A DNA stretch of 64,000 bases from Eledone cirrhosa (taxonomy: Eukaryota). The stretch is taken from positions 346,270,001-346,334,000 of the forward strand of contig OZ024741.1 in the NCBI GenBank assembly GCA_964016885.1. The letters are read 5' to 3'. The notes under the pieces are model-generated. The model saw only the letters and a program-made list of their open reading frames with translations. It had not been told where the DNA came from and searched no databases. Positions 39,941 through 54,157 of this stretch are shown here, one piece after another (the stretch's first letter is position 1; every line of letters starts with the position of its first letter). Made by a program: the position numbers and the translations under genes.

Positions 39941-40054
39941 AGATAAGCAGAACAAGTAAAATTCAACCAATTTTTCAAAATAAATCAAAATTAATATACA
40001 ATTAAAATTAATCAAAATTAAAAAATATAATATAAATATTTACCTATTCAAATG

Positions 40055-40135
40055 GCCCTAACTGTACAGTTTCACGGTGCAAAACATTAAATATCACGAG
40101 GATATTAATGGAAAAGCAACGATCATCAGAGAAGC
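40055..40135 (-). ncRNA. Type-I hammerhead ribozyme with long stem II
   Basis: GCTTCT-CTGATGA-(CATTAATATC/GATATTTAATG stem)-GAAACTGTACAGTT-AGGGC. Confidence 0.7.
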
Positions 40136-40397
40136 ATTTTCCTGTCCTAGGGTTAAAAACCCCAGGAACGACAAAATATATGACCTCACTCCAACTAATA
40201 CAGGTCTAAAAGGTCGTGAAAGTGACCCGTAAATACATTGGTGTATAGTGAAGGCGGGAAATCGTAGACTAGCCGTCTATAATCGCTACTAAAAAAGATT
40301 TTTAGCAACTAAATAGATCGACAAAGATTTATCTCTACATACTGGAGATTATTGAATAAGGTTAATATATATCTGAGGGTACAATGTACCATGTATG

Positions 40398-40467
<70 letters not shown>

Positions 40468-40585
40468 GGGGGGGGTATATAATACATATATATATATATG
40501 TATATATATATGTATGTACATACATATATACATACACATATATATATATATGTATATACAAATATATATATATAATACACACACA

Positions 40586-40646
<61 letters not shown>

Positions 40647-40712
40647 ATACATATATATATATATATAATACATATATATATATATATATAATACATATAT
40701 ATATATGTATGT

Positions 40713-40743
<31 letters not shown>

Positions 40744-40910
40744 TATATGTATATACATATATATATACATACATGCACACATATATATATGTACGTATGG
40801 ATTCACCAAACATTTATTATAATGCTCGGTGTGTTTGTAAACAAACATCCCGTATTAAGCCGTAGTGTCCAGCAAACATCGTTGCTCGTTTGTTCAACAC
40901 TGACAAAGGA

Positions 40911-40953
40911 ACGCTGTACTAGTTTCAAGCTTATTAGCTATCGTCAGCAACGT
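40911..40953 (-). ncRNA. Minimal hammerhead ribozyme, family C
   Basis: ACGTTG-CTGACGA-TAGCT(AATA)AGCTT-GAAAC-TA-GTA-CAGCGT, within direct repeat 40890-41105. Confidence 0.88.
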
Positions 40954-41264
40954 ATAACTTCCTGCCAGATTGTTGAACGTATATACTTACCTTATGCATA
41001 TTAACGGCTGAGTAGCCCAATTTGCATATCGAGTGGGTTAATCGGCCGGGTGCACCGAAAACGATAAACAGAAAAAAATGAAACGAAATTTCATTTCCCA
41101 CTCTTAGTAGGGCTGTTACTTAAATATAAGTATGTACACGTACATACATATATGTATACAGAAGTACAGTAGTATGTATATATATATACATACATGCACA
41201 CACATATATATGTACGTATGGATTCAAGAGTGGGAAATGAAATTTCGTTTCATTTTTTCCGTTT

Positions 41265-43810
41265 ATAGAAACACTAAGGCTGCGTTGTCCGAAGCAAAAT
41301 AGGTGCTCTGGGAAACGTGGAGACCAAAGCTGTTAGCTGGGCCCGCGAGACAGAAGCCAAAAGTAGGATTAGATCCACTATCCGGTCTTTGCGAGGCCAG
41401 GATGGACGGGTGATCCTTGAACCCAAGCAGATGTGCGAGGCCTTTCAAAGGCACTTTGCTCGATTGTTCGGAAGGGACGGGGGCCGGATGGGGATGCGGA
41501 CCTCGGTCCATACCTCGACGGCCTGCCGCGTCTTTCGGACGAGGAGGCGAAGTCCTCCGAGAGGCCGATCTCAGCTGCTGAAATAGGGGACGTGCTGAGG
41601 CAATGCCGCAGACGCAAATCTCCGGGCCTCGATGGTCTTCCATACGAACTGTATTTAAGTGTGCCGCACTTGTTCTTCGAACTCCTCGAGGCGGTCTACT
41701 GCAACTGGCAACAGAACGGGAGAATTCCCTGTTCTGTGACCAAGGGCGTAGTCTCGCTAGTGAGGAAGGACGAGAACAACGGGGATGAAATAAGTAATTT
41801 TACTGCTAAATGCAGAGTTAAAGATTTTGGCCAAGGTGTTAGCAAAGAGGTTGGCGCTTGTGGTGAGAAACCTGGCCGGAGATGCGCAGACATGCGCCAT
41901 CCATCCAGGTCCATTCACGACAACATCCATCTCATGCGATACAACATAGAGAGGGTTGGGAACGAACCCGGCTTTGGTGGGGATCCTGATTAACTTGGAT
42001 CAATCTAAGGCGTTCGATACCTGGATGCAGTGCTAGCGGCGGCAGGTTTCGGACACGTTTTCAGGGACTGGATCACTGCCATGCACAGCAGCCGCATCTG
42101 CTCTAGGGTCAAGGTGAACGGCTACCTCTCGGAGCCGTTCGAAATCACGCGGTCCGTCCGACAGGGATGCCCTCTCTCCTCCCTTCTGTATGTATTGGCC
42201 CTAGAACCACTGCTCCGGAAGTTGTAGTTGTTACAGAACATCCCTTTGGAACCGGGATTGCGGAAAGCGGTGTCGGCCTACGACAATGACAGTAATGGTG
42301 TCAACCGCATCGGAAATTGGGGTGATCGGCACATTACTGGAGAAATACGAAAAGTTTACACGGGCTAACCGAGTGGAGGGGCAAACCCATGGCCTCCAAC
42401 GGCGTCGTCGGACGTTGGACGGAGGGCCGGTGAAGTTGCTCGGGGTCTGCTTCGGGCCAGACCTCCAGGTGGAGAAGAACTGGGGTGAGGTATCGAACGG
42501 GGGTGTTTGCGCTGACGCAGAAGTGGGCTGAGAGCAAACTATCCCTGAAAGTCGGGCGGAGGGGGCGAACACTTATATAGCGTCCGTCATCTATTACCGC
42601 CTGACCGTCGTGCCTTGCCCAAAGGAAACGCTCACCAAAATGGAGCGCGCACTCTTCCAATTCTTTTGGAAGAAGCGGGCTCCTTTGGAGAGGAGATCCA
42701 TCTGCTGTAAACAGCCGTCCAAAAGAGGGATGGGGATGCCGTGGTTGCTGATGCGTAAACACGCATGAAGGCTACGGCACCTCCAGGTATTCCTCATCGG
42801 TCAACCGGTGTGGGCGCCGTTTGTGAGGCGAGCCTTTCCGAGACTCGTCTCGCTCACCGAGAAAACTGGGCGCCTGGCCCACTGAATGGGCCCAGGCGCT
42901 CACGGCTCTCTGGCAGGCGGACCCGGCTATCGGTGGAGACTCACCTTGTCACTCTATAGAGGGCTGGTGGTTAGTAGGTGCGACGACGCCCTCGGACAAG
43001 CCTTAGGCATGGAGGAAGACGAACTGGCCAGCCTATTCGAGAGGATATTTGGCCCGGGACCTATGGACAACTTCCAGAGGTCCCTGGCCTGGCAGTACTA
43101 CCGAGAGGCGCTACCCGTTCGTGAAAAGCTCTACAGACACGGGTGCCCGGGAAGGGACCCCTCGAAAAAAATCTGTCCCAGATGCGTGCGCGACGAGAAA
43201 ACCGTTGCACACGCATTGGTACACTGCTCGAGCGTTGCCGATCTGTGGGACTATGTCGAACAACTGCTGTCACGGGTGGGACCAATCTGGTTGACCACTG
43301 AGTCCATTGTAACGATCAAGTCGCCTCCCCCTTCAAAAATGAAGGATAGGCGGATTCCTATGTGTAATAGCCATGGTGAAAGAGGTGGTATGGTGGACAT
43401 GTTTGAAAGGGCTGAGGTCGGAAAACTTTCTCCCCGGCCAACAACTGGTCCTTTTCTTTAAATACTATTTTAAGAGAAGGATCAGAATGGAGAGAGAGGT
43501 GCTCTACCCCAGCAAGTTTTATGAAAGGTGGGTGAAAGTAGCGAGAATGGCCCGTCTGAATGGGACTTCTCTTTATCAGCCTGTAGGTGGAAAGGTGGAA
43601 GTTCAACGGAGCACCCCCTCTCTGTGCTCCTAAGGAAAAGGGTTGCACACTTTTTCAGGGGTGTGTGTAACTCCCAAAACGCCTCCTGCCTATTGAGGAC
43701 TGTATTCTTAATTTTATATTTATTTGTTTTTTACGCGTTCCTTTATGTAACCCCCCCCCCCTTATATTTGTCCCCTTCTTTTGTGCCCTCGTGGCAAATA
43801 AATAGAAACT
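41265..43810 (+). mobile_element. Decayed Tx1/L1 ORF2 (RT plus zf-RVT) and 3' UTR ending in (TATC)n
   Basis: KSPGLDGLPYELY, SVRQGCPLSSLLYVLALEPLL, CPRC..HALVHC, with many frameshifts. Confidence 0.88.
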
Positions 43811-44021
43811 TATCTATCTATATATCTATCTACCTATCTATCTTCTATCTATCTATTTGTGGCTAATAAAGAAATATATCTATCTATTAATATATCTATC
43901 CATCAATATATGTGTGTGTTTTTGTGTTACAATATGTTTGTCTGTGTAAACACACGAATTCCAAAAGTTGTAAACACGAAAAGAAAAATTAGAGTTCGTG
44001 ATACTGAAATTAAAGTGTCAG

Positions 44022-44023
<2 letters not shown>

Positions 44024-44056
<33 letters not shown>

Positions 44057-44062
44057 GTGTGC

Positions 44063-44152
<90 letters not shown>

Positions 44153-44295
44153 GTATATACATATATATACATATGTATATATATATGTATATACATATAT
44201 ATATATATGTATATAGATATATGCCTATATATGTATATACATATATATATATATGTATATACATATATATATATATGTATATACATATATATATG

Positions 44296-44329
<34 letters not shown>

Positions 44330-44686
44330 CATATATATATATATATACACATATATATATACATATATATATATGTATATATATATATATCTATATACAT
44401 ATATATATATATATGTATATACATATGTATATATATGTATATACATATATATATATATATGTATATACATATATATATATATGTATATGTATATACATAT
44501 GTATATGTATATACATATATATATATGTATATACATATGTATATGTATATACATATATATATATGTATATACATATGTATATGTATAAACATATATATAT
44601 ATGTATATGTATATACATATATATATATATGTATATACATATGTATATGTATATACATATATATATATGTATATGTATATACATAT

Positions 44687-44764
<78 letters not shown>

Positions 44765-44776
44765 GTATATACATAT
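44024..44776. repeat. Long degenerate (TA)n/(TATG) microsatellite, representative of many (also 40.4-40.8, 45.0-45.6, 58.9-59.4, 61.0-62.0, 63.5-64.0 kb)
   Basis: Direct reading. Confidence 0.97.
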
Positions 44777-44808
44777 ACGGATAAACACTGTTCAACACTG
44801 ACGAGGGA

Positions 44809-44851
44809 ATGCTGTACTAGTTTCAAGCTTATTAGCTATCGTCAGCAACGT
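44809..44851 (-). ncRNA. Minimal hammerhead ribozyme, family C, second copy
   Basis: Same core as 40911-40953, within direct repeat 44789-45005. Confidence 0.85.
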
Positions 44852-45115
44852 ATACCTTCCTGCCAGATTGTAGCACGTATATACTTACCTTATGCATATT
44901 AACGGCTGAGTAGCCCAAATTTGCATATTGAATGGGTTAATCCGCCGGGTGCACCGAAAACGATAAACAGAAAAAAATGAAACGAAATTTCAATTCCCAC
45001 TCTTGAATCCATACGTACATATATATATGTGTGCATGTATGTATATATATATGTATATACATATATATACATATGTATGTAAATATGTATATACATACAT
45101 ATATATATATATATG

Positions 45116-45256
<141 letters not shown>

Positions 45257-45375
45257 GTGTGTATTATATATATATATATATATAAATATATATGTGTATT
45301 GTATATATATATATATATTTATATATGTATTATATATATATATATATATGTATTATATATATATATGTGTGTGTG

Positions 45376-45476
<101 letters not shown>

Positions 45477-45886
45477 ATATACATATATATATATGTATAT
45501 ATGTATGTACATACATATATATACATATATATATATATGTATTATATATATATATATATATGTATTAATTTAACCTGAAACTGCAAATTTCGTGACCGAG
45601 TTTCATGTCTCAGATATCTAACAATAGTTTAAGAAAATTATTTTTGAATATGCATGAAGAGAAACTCAGATGCACGAAATTAGAATTTCTAGAAATCTTT
45701 ATAGGTATATATATGTATATATATATATATGTATATATAGAGATTTTGAGTTTATGTTGGTTGTATACCAACACCCAAGTATGCAGGCTGGAGCACTCGA
45801 CGAAGTGCGCAGGTTGGTTTGGTTACTCCGGAGTAGTGTAAAGTTAAATAAAAGTCAAATGATTAAAATTCAGCTTCGTTTATTAT

Positions 45887-45937
45887 TGCTATATATATTT
45901 CAGTGACAGCCATCTTTGGCTGTGACCTCTTCAGGTA
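45887..45937 (-). ncRNA. Hammerhead ribozyme with weak stem I; inverted half copy at 46036-46112
   Basis: CTGAAGA-GGTCACAGCC(AAAGAT)GGCTGTCACT-GAAA-TATATA-TA. Confidence 0.65.
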
Positions 45938-46117
45938 TTTTGAATTAGTATGGTATAGACAAGTACATATGTTGTTTAGGTGTATAATATTGTCAATACT
46001 TTGATATGCCCAGTTCCTTGTTGGGTTGTTAATTCAAAGATGGCTGTCACTGAAATATATATAGCAGTAATAAACGAAGCTAAATTTTAATCATTTGACT
46101 TTTATTTAACTTTATTT

Positions 46118-46172
<55 letters not shown>

Positions 46173-46176
<4 letters not shown>

Positions 46177-49100
46177 TCATCATCACCATCATCATCATCG
46201 TTTAACGTCCATCTTCCACGCTAGCATGGGTTTGGACGGGAATTTTCTGACTTGAGTTTTCTACGGCTGGATGCCCTTCCTAACACCAACCACGTTTACA
46301 GTGTGGACTGGGAGGTTTTTACCGTGTTACCTACAAGGCCACATTACAGCGTGGACTGTGTGTTTTTTTGTCGTGACACCTACACGCCCTCATTTGTTTC
46401 GGACTGGATGCTGTGGTACCAACATAACTTTACATTGTAAGGGGTGGTGGGGATGGGGTGGGGGTAGTGGGGCTGTGGTGTATTTTTGTTAGAGGTGCCT
46501 TCTGACTGTAGGTTTTGCTTTGTACTTAGGCAAGGCGGGTCTTCTGTATTACTGTGTGTCGCCAAATATCTCGGTCCAGTGACATTGTCTTGGAGAGGTG
46601 TAAGTGTGTGAGGTCGGAATTTATCAAGGCGTACCAGGTTTTCCTGTGTCTGCCTACTTCGTGACTACCGTCTATTATTATCGCCCTGCACTTTTTTATA
46701 CAGCTGTCATCTTTCATGCGCATCACGTGACCGTACCAACGTAGTCTTCTCTCGAGTAAACAGCATCTGATCCCTCTTATTCCTAATTTCTCCCGTAGTT
46801 CGTTTATGCTTTGCCGTTCACGTATATTACACATCTAGCGGAGCATGCAAGCTTCCTTCCTATCCAGTCTGCGTATATCCTCTGCACACAATACCCAGGT
46901 CAAACAGCCATGCAACATTGCTGTTCGTATGCAGGTATCATACAGCCTGCCTTTCATTTTTAGTGAGAACCCTTTAGCGGCCAATAGTGGTATAAGCTCT
47001 CTGAACTTTTTCCATCCCGTTCTGGCTCTAACTACCGTACTTTCGGAGCACTCTCCACCACTGCTGATTTTGTCACCCAGGTAACGGAAGGTGTCCACTA
47101 TTTCTATAGAACCATCTGGGCAATGGAATGAGCTAGTATTCTGTGGGCACTTGCTGCTACTTATTGCACCAGAGCACCGCCCACATATAAAATCTATATT
47201 CTTAGTTAGCTTACCTGTGATCCCACTACATATTTTATGCACCCATACTTTGCATTTGGGACATAAAATGGAGTTTCGGCCTACTCCTATCCTACACACT
47301 GAGCATGGCCATTTCCCAGATGGGGCTGGTGCCTTATTTTCCTTCCTACAAACTAGAACTTTAGTCTTAGACAGGTTAATTTTAAGGCATTTTGATTCTA
47401 GGCCATGCTTCCATATTTGGAATTTCTTCTCTAGTTCGACCATTGATTCAGCTATGAGCGTTAGATTATCTGCGTATAGGAGTTCCCATGTGCAACCGGT
47501 CTTGAACACCTCTATTATAGCCTGAATGGCAATCATAAATAGGAGGGGGATAAGGACGGAACCCTGATGAACACCAACCTTTACGATAAACTCTTCACTA
47601 TGTTCGTTGTTAATTCTAACCTTGCTGACTATTTCTTTATACATGGCTTGTATAGCTCTCACAAGCCATTCATCAACACCTAGTTTTCTAAGAGCCCACC
47701 AGATAATGGAGCGGGGGACTCTGTCAAAGGCTTTCTCCAAGTCGACAAAAGCTAAGTATAGGGGTTTACTTTTAGCTAGGTACTCCTCCTGTAGTTGTCG
47801 TACAATGAATAGAGCGTCTTTAGTATTTTTACCTGACACAAACCCGAACTGCATTTCATCTAGATCAATTCGCTCTCTGATTAGTTGCGCTATTACTTTT
47901 TCTGTGACCTTCATGACCTGGTCGATTAATTTAATGCCTCTATAGTTACCCCTATCTAGGGCACCTCCTTTACCCTCGTAGCAGTTAATGATGATGCTGC
48001 TACGCCAGTCCTTCGGAACGACCCCATTCTGTATGACTTGGTTTACTATTCGGGTGACCATAGTGTGTCCCACCGTTCTAAATGCTTTCAGCATTTCAGC
48101 AACTATTTCCGAAGGCCCAGCCGCCTTAGCCGTCTTCACATCTTTGATTGCCTTACTTACTATACTACCTTCGACTAACACAGCTGGTCCCTCTATTGGA
48201 TCGATGTGGGGAAGACTGTCTTTCTCGCATTTATTCTCCTCATTTAGTAGCCTTTTGTAGTGACACTTCCAAGCCACCTTCTTATCAGCGTCAGTGATGG
48301 CAAGTACACCATCATCATTAAGGACACACTTCTCCCCGACAATATCACTGTTTTCCTTGACACATTGCCTTGCAATCCTGAACACCTCACGTTTTTGGTC
48401 CTCGCGTTGTAGAACATGCTTGAACTTTCTTTCCTCTGCTTCCCTTCTTGCGACGTACACTTGTCTCCTAGCTTCCCTCCTGGCTACTTGATAGTCTTCT
48501 CTACTTCCCCATCCCGCCATACTTTCCAAGCCTGCTTTTTGGCCTTAATTGACTCCTCCACCTTACTGTTCCACCACCACGTTACTCTCCTCCTGCCTAT
48601 AGGCCTGCTCCAGCCACATACATCATCTGCCGCCTTCAGCAGGTTAGCTTTCAGGAATACCCACTGTTCCTCTATATTGTACGACTCTAATTGCTCTTCC
48701 TTACTGTCATAGCATCAAGTAATATGCTTTTAAATATATTACTGGCTGTAGGGTCCTTTAGCTTCTATATTTTTCTCCTGAGGATAGTCCTCCTCTGTTG
48801 TCGAGTACGTCTCGTCCTGACTACGAGGTCGCTGACTATGAGTCTATGTTGGGAGGTGCATTCTTCATGGGGGAGGGATTTAGTGTTTACGACAGACACT
48901 CTATCACGTCTTCTGGTAAGGATATAATCTATCTGACTGGCGTGTTCCCCTCATCTATAGGTGATCAAGTGATTGTCTCGTTTTTTGAAGTTAGTGTTAC
49001 AGCCAGTTTGGTTATTTGCGTCAAAGAATTCCAGGATTCTAGCGCCTTCCTCATTTCTAGTACCAAACCCATAGCCTCCATGGATTCCGTCATAGCCATC

Positions 49101-49320
49101 ACAATGTTGTCCAACGTGACCATTTAGGTCGCCAGCAATAATTATGTAGTCACTGTCGGTTATTTGGGAGGTCGTGAGCATCAATGTCACATAGAATCTG
49201 TCTTTTATAACGCCAGGCAGTCCGGATTGGGGTGCGTACGCAGATATTACTGTCACAGTAGTTCTATTTAGGACAAGTCTTATTTTAATTATTCTGTCGT
49301 TCACTCTATTTACGTCTCGG
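46173..49320 (-). mobile_element. RTE LINE copy (inverted duplicate) with the RT core retained
   Basis: 564-aa ORF 46835-48529: FVDLEKAFDRV, GVHQGSVL, LYADN, PHD finger. (GAT)n tail. Confidence 0.92.
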
Positions 49321-49480
49321 TGGATTGGCAGTATCAGTAGAGGGTCGGACGCCATGCTTTCCAGCATAGTTACGTCCCTTTACGATCTGAGTTAAAATCC
49401 CGCCGAGGTTGACTTGCCTTTCATCCTTATGGGGTCGATAAAATAAAGTACCAGTAATGCACTGGGTATTTGCTGGCCTA
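49321..49480 (+). mobile_element. tRNA/Nin-type SINE (duplicate of 33503-33665)
   Basis: Reverse complement of the 33.5-kb copy with the same RTE junction. Confidence 0.8.
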
Positions 49481-49780
49481 AGAATCTGCTGTATAGATTT
49501 CAATTTCAACGCTTCACTGGATTTCCCCACTCTCTCTTTGTTCTACCGGCAAGTTCAGCCACCCCTACCTACCACCAAATGGCATGATCGGTCTTTGCAA
49601 CAAATTTTTGACCCATCCTCTTGACAATTACTATCTTCCCATATCAGGTAATACCCCACGAGAAGTTCGGCTATTTATTTACCAGGATAAAAATTCTTAT
49701 TTAGTCCAGAAATAGCCGTCGAAACGGCTTGAGCTCTGCCGTCGGGGTCATACTTGTTCCTATATATATATATATATATA

Positions 49781-49826
49781 TCCTGATGATTTCTCCCGAA
49801 TGAAACAGTTCTAGTCCTGTAGAAGC
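49781..49826 (+). ncRNA. Hammerhead ribozyme, family A (stem I 5' arm truncated by (TA)n)
   Basis: TC-CTGATGA-TTTCTCCCGAAT-GAAACAG-TTCTAGTC-CTGTA-GAAGC. Confidence 0.75.
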
Positions 49827-49997
49827 CATATCTATATTAAGTATTTATACTCTGCTATGTAAAGAGTACCTTACTTACTGTGGTTAACTCCGATTGATCC
49901 CGGGATAAACATATATATATATAGAGAGAGAGTCCTATGTATGTATATATATATATGTATATATATGTATATATATATATATGTATATATGTATATG

Positions 49998-50044
<47 letters not shown>

Positions 50045-50182
50045 CGAAGGGAATGTGGTAAGGAACCAGGTGGACCATAACGCACCAAAGTACTCAATAC
50101 TTGAGGTAGTAGAGTGGGTAATAGGAACCAGTAAGACCCCGACAGCTGAGCTCAAGCCGTTTCGACGGCTAATTCTGGACTA

Positions 50183-50261
50183 AACGTCGAAGGGGGTTGT
50201 GTGTATATTTGTGTGTTTGTGTTTTTTCTCTTGTGTGTATATATATATATATGTGTATATA

Positions 50262-50297
<36 letters not shown>

Positions 50298-50331
50298 CAA
50301 GCACACGCATGTGTATGTATGTGTATGTATG

Positions 50332-50401
<70 letters not shown>

Positions 50402-50435
50402 CATACATACACATACATACACATGCGTGTGCTTG

Positions 50436-50473
<38 letters not shown>

Positions 50474-50556
50474 TATATACACATATATATATATATACAC
50501 ACACACAAGAGAAAAAACACAAACACACAAATATACACACAACCCCCTTCGACGTT
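50183..50556. repeat. About 370-bp palindrome centred on (TA)n
   Basis: AACGTCGAAGGGGGTTGTGTG... paired with ...CACACAACCCCCTTCGACGTT. Confidence 0.9.
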
Positions 50557-51758
50557 AGCATGGGTGCTAGCGACTCAGCTGAAATTAGTGAACTTGTGGG
50601 TCTGTTCATCCTCCACAGGTTGAAGACCCTCTTCACAGGCCTCTCCGGCGGTCTCTACCGAGATGACGGCCTCTTTGCCCTCCACAAGATCAACCCCAGG
50701 ACCACGGATGGGTTCAGGAAAAACCTCTACACCTTCTTTAAAAGCTTAGACCTTAGGATTACCTTAGATTCGAACTAAACTAAAGCTAACTTCCTAGACG
50801 TCACCCTCGACTTAGAAACTTCCCTTTACTACCCGTACCACAAACCTAATGAATCCCTTAGATATATAGACGTTAATTCTAACCACCCCAAATATATATT
50901 AGACAACCTAGTGAAAAGTGTCTGCATTAGGATATCTAGCCTCGCCGCCAATGAAGATATCTTTAGAGCAGCAGCCCCCTATTACAACGAGGCCCTGGCC
51001 CGCAGCGGCTTTAGAGATAAGATCACTTACCTTAGTATAGCCCCACGCCCACCCAGGAAGAATAGGCGAAGGCACATTAGCTGGTACAACCCCCCTTCAA
51101 CCGCGAAGTCTCAACACCTGTAGCTAACATTTTCTTCACTCTCTTACAAAAACACTTCCCCACCCAACATAGGTACTATACAATCCTTAATAAGAATACC
51201 ATTAGACTCTCTTACTCTACCACACCTAATCTAGCTAGGAACTTAGCCAACAATAACATCAAGAAGCTAAATAAGTCTACTTTTTCCGAAGCCCATCCAG
51301 CAACCGATGGCAATTGCAATTGCCCTAATAAGACTACCTGCCCTCTCAACAACAACTGTCTAAAAAAAGATCTCGTATATATATGCGATGTTCTCTCAGG
51401 CCCCGATGAAAAAAGAAACTCGTACATCGGGATGACTTCTAACAGTTTTAAGACTCGCTGGTACGCCCACACACATTCGTTCCGGCGCCCAGACAAATCT
51501 AACCAAACTACACTCGCCGCCCACATCTGGCACCTTAAAAGGAACTCCATCCCCTTCAAGACCCAATGGAGACTACTCCAGAGAGCGCGATCCTACACGG
51601 GAGGCCATAATTGCTGTGACCTCTGTATCTCCGAGAGCTATGAGATTCTATTCGCCAAAGGCCCTCTCCTCAACAAGATCTCGGAACACTCCCCTAATTG
51701 CATGCACAAGAACTATGCAAATTACAAAAACTACAGACCCCCCCTGCCCCCGGACTGA
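50541..51758 (+). pseudogene. PLE ORF remnant: RT (FDVSMG, YRDD) plus GIY-YIG, with a stop and a frameshift
   Basis: [27 protein letters not shown]; FLDVTL; CNC..CPL; VY..SYIGMT..FKTRW..H; CDLCISE. The 3' tail extends to about 52940. Confidence 0.9.
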
Positions 51759-52027
51759 CCCCCCCCCCCATATCACCACCCCACCCCCGTCCCCCATCCC
51801 AATTCCGTCCCTCCATCTCTCATTATTACCTTCTTTCCTCCCCTCTATCTCTCATTATTACCTTCTTTCCTCCCCTCCAGGTCTTATATATTTGTTGCAT
51901 GCCTCTGAGTAAAGTTCCGTGGCCGCACACACAAATTCACGTATATACCTGCTCATGTTTGCATACGTGCAGTTATGAACTGCTGCACGCACACGTTCGT
52001 GATTTATTTATCTATTTATCTGTATAT

Positions 52028-52062
<35 letters not shown>

Positions 52063-52096
52063 GTTACTTTATTTACTTATTTATTTATTTATCTAT

Positions 52097-52127
<31 letters not shown>

Positions 52128-52908
52128 CTTGTTTATTTGTTTATCTGTTTGTTTGTTTGTGTATTAGTTAACTCATTCATTTATTTATTAATTAATGAGT
52201 GAATGATTAGGTAATGAATAGATAAAAGATAAAAGATAGGTAACGAATAGTGAATGGTAAATAATAAATAGTAATTAACTACTTGATGATAATATTAATA
52301 ACTTAGTAGTGATATTAATTATTTTAATCCTCTATCAGGCACAGTTTAAAATTTAAAAATTTAAAATTTAAAATTTGTCCCACTACCTTTTCCCATTATA
52401 TTAGAGACACATGTATGTGTGCGAACGAGTGCGTGTTTGTGCATATGCGTTTATGTGTACTTATTTGTATGTATGTATGTGTATGTATGTATATATGCAT
52501 ATATATATATATATATATGAGATTATATATGTATGTGTGTGTATGTGTGTGTATATGTATATATGTATATATGTGTGTATGTATGTGTTTGTGTTTGTGT
52601 GTGTGTACGTATGTGTATGTATGTGTGTGCATATGTATGTATGTGTATGTATAGTATAGTTTATACCGAGAGACATACATACATGTATGTGTGTATATAT
52701 ATATGTGTATGTGTATACGCACGTGTGTATGTGTAGATATATATATGTGTGTGTATGTGTATGCGTGTGTGTGTGTATATTTGTGTGTTTGTGTTTTTTC
52801 TCTTGTGTGTATATATATATATATATATATGTATATATGTGTGTGTGTGTGTGTATGTATATATATATATACACAAGCACACGCATGTGTATGTATATGT
52901 ATGTATGT

Positions 52909-52943
<35 letters not shown>

Positions 52944-52944
<1 letters not shown>

Positions 52945-53972
52945 TAGCAGTAAAGCCCGGCGTTGCTCGGGGTCGCTCAGTAGCTGTGTTAAAGTTACAA
53001 TGTTAAGTTTCTTTCTTGGCTTAAAAACTGTAGTGTCTACTGTGCACACTTGCATGTGGTGTTTTTGATTAATATTCCCTCAACCAACAATATGCCTTAT
53101 GAAGTTAAGAAAACATAACGATAACCCGAATGTTATAACAAAAGAGGATGCTGGGGACAAAAACTGCACTGGTTATCTTTTAACAAAGATCGAAAATGTA
53201 AACACTGCAACGCAGAGAAAAACATTAGCGTAACGAAATTATCAGTTATGTCTGTCTGCACGCCTATATCACCTCTCTGCACGACCGTCTGTCTGCACGC
53301 GTATATCACCTCTCTGCACGACTATCTGTCTGCACGCGTATATCACCTCTCTGCACGACTATCTGTCTGCACGCGTATATCACCTCTCTGCACGCCTAAC
53401 GAAATTTGCAGATACATATATTTTAAATAAACTTATATAATTTTTGCTTTTTTTTTACGAAATATTTGCTTGTTTTACGTAGTCTTTAAATAGACTTGTT
53501 TTAAAGTAAAAATATTGTTTTAAAAGGCTTTTAAATGGAAATGAAGCAAAACGGAAGCTTAGTGTTCGAACTGATGAATTTTGCAGGTCAAAATTTTGCT
53601 GGCTCGACAACTGTTCGTGTATTGTGTTAATGTCATTTTAAACGCTGAGAAAGCCAGCGTAATTTTTTTAATTTTTGCCGGCGTAATTTTTTTAATTTTT
53701 GCACGCAGAAAATGTAAACAGAACGTAAGACGCTACGCTGAATGTAAACAGAACAAAGGGAAATAACTGATCACTTACGCTCAAAAATCGATACATTATA
53801 TTCGATTTCGTCAGATAGGGCGGGTCAATTTGAAATATTTTTTTCCGATGTCTTCGCTAGGGCTCAATGTACAAGTATAGCAATTTCGGTGCAATTTCGT
53901 GAGAGATTCTAAGAGGAGATGTGTGCCAAAAATCGATAGACAGACAGACAACCTCAGTTTTATATATATAGA
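52944..53972 (-). mobile_element. Non-autonomous Helitron
   Basis: A|TCTATATATATAAAA 5' end; CCCGAGCAACGCCGGG hairpin plus CTAG|T 3' end; internal 33-bp tandem repeat. Confidence 0.88.
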
Positions 53973-54157
53973 TGTGTGGTGTGTATGGGTATGCATTTAT
54001 ATATATGTGTGTGTAAGTGTTTTTGTATGTGGTTGTGAGTATGTAAATATATTTTATTCTTTCCATTCTACAAAAACACTCTGGCCACCTGTGGCTTGTA
54101 TGTTAACTTGACCACTCACCTCAGTCTGTGCCATGATTCGGTCTTGTTTATCTTCTA

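Noticed and set aside
43859-44902. Long YIYI/CVCV ORFs here and at 40.3, 45.0, 52.4, 58.9 and 61.0 kb
   Set aside because: They are translations of stop-free (TA)n and (TG)n microsatellites.
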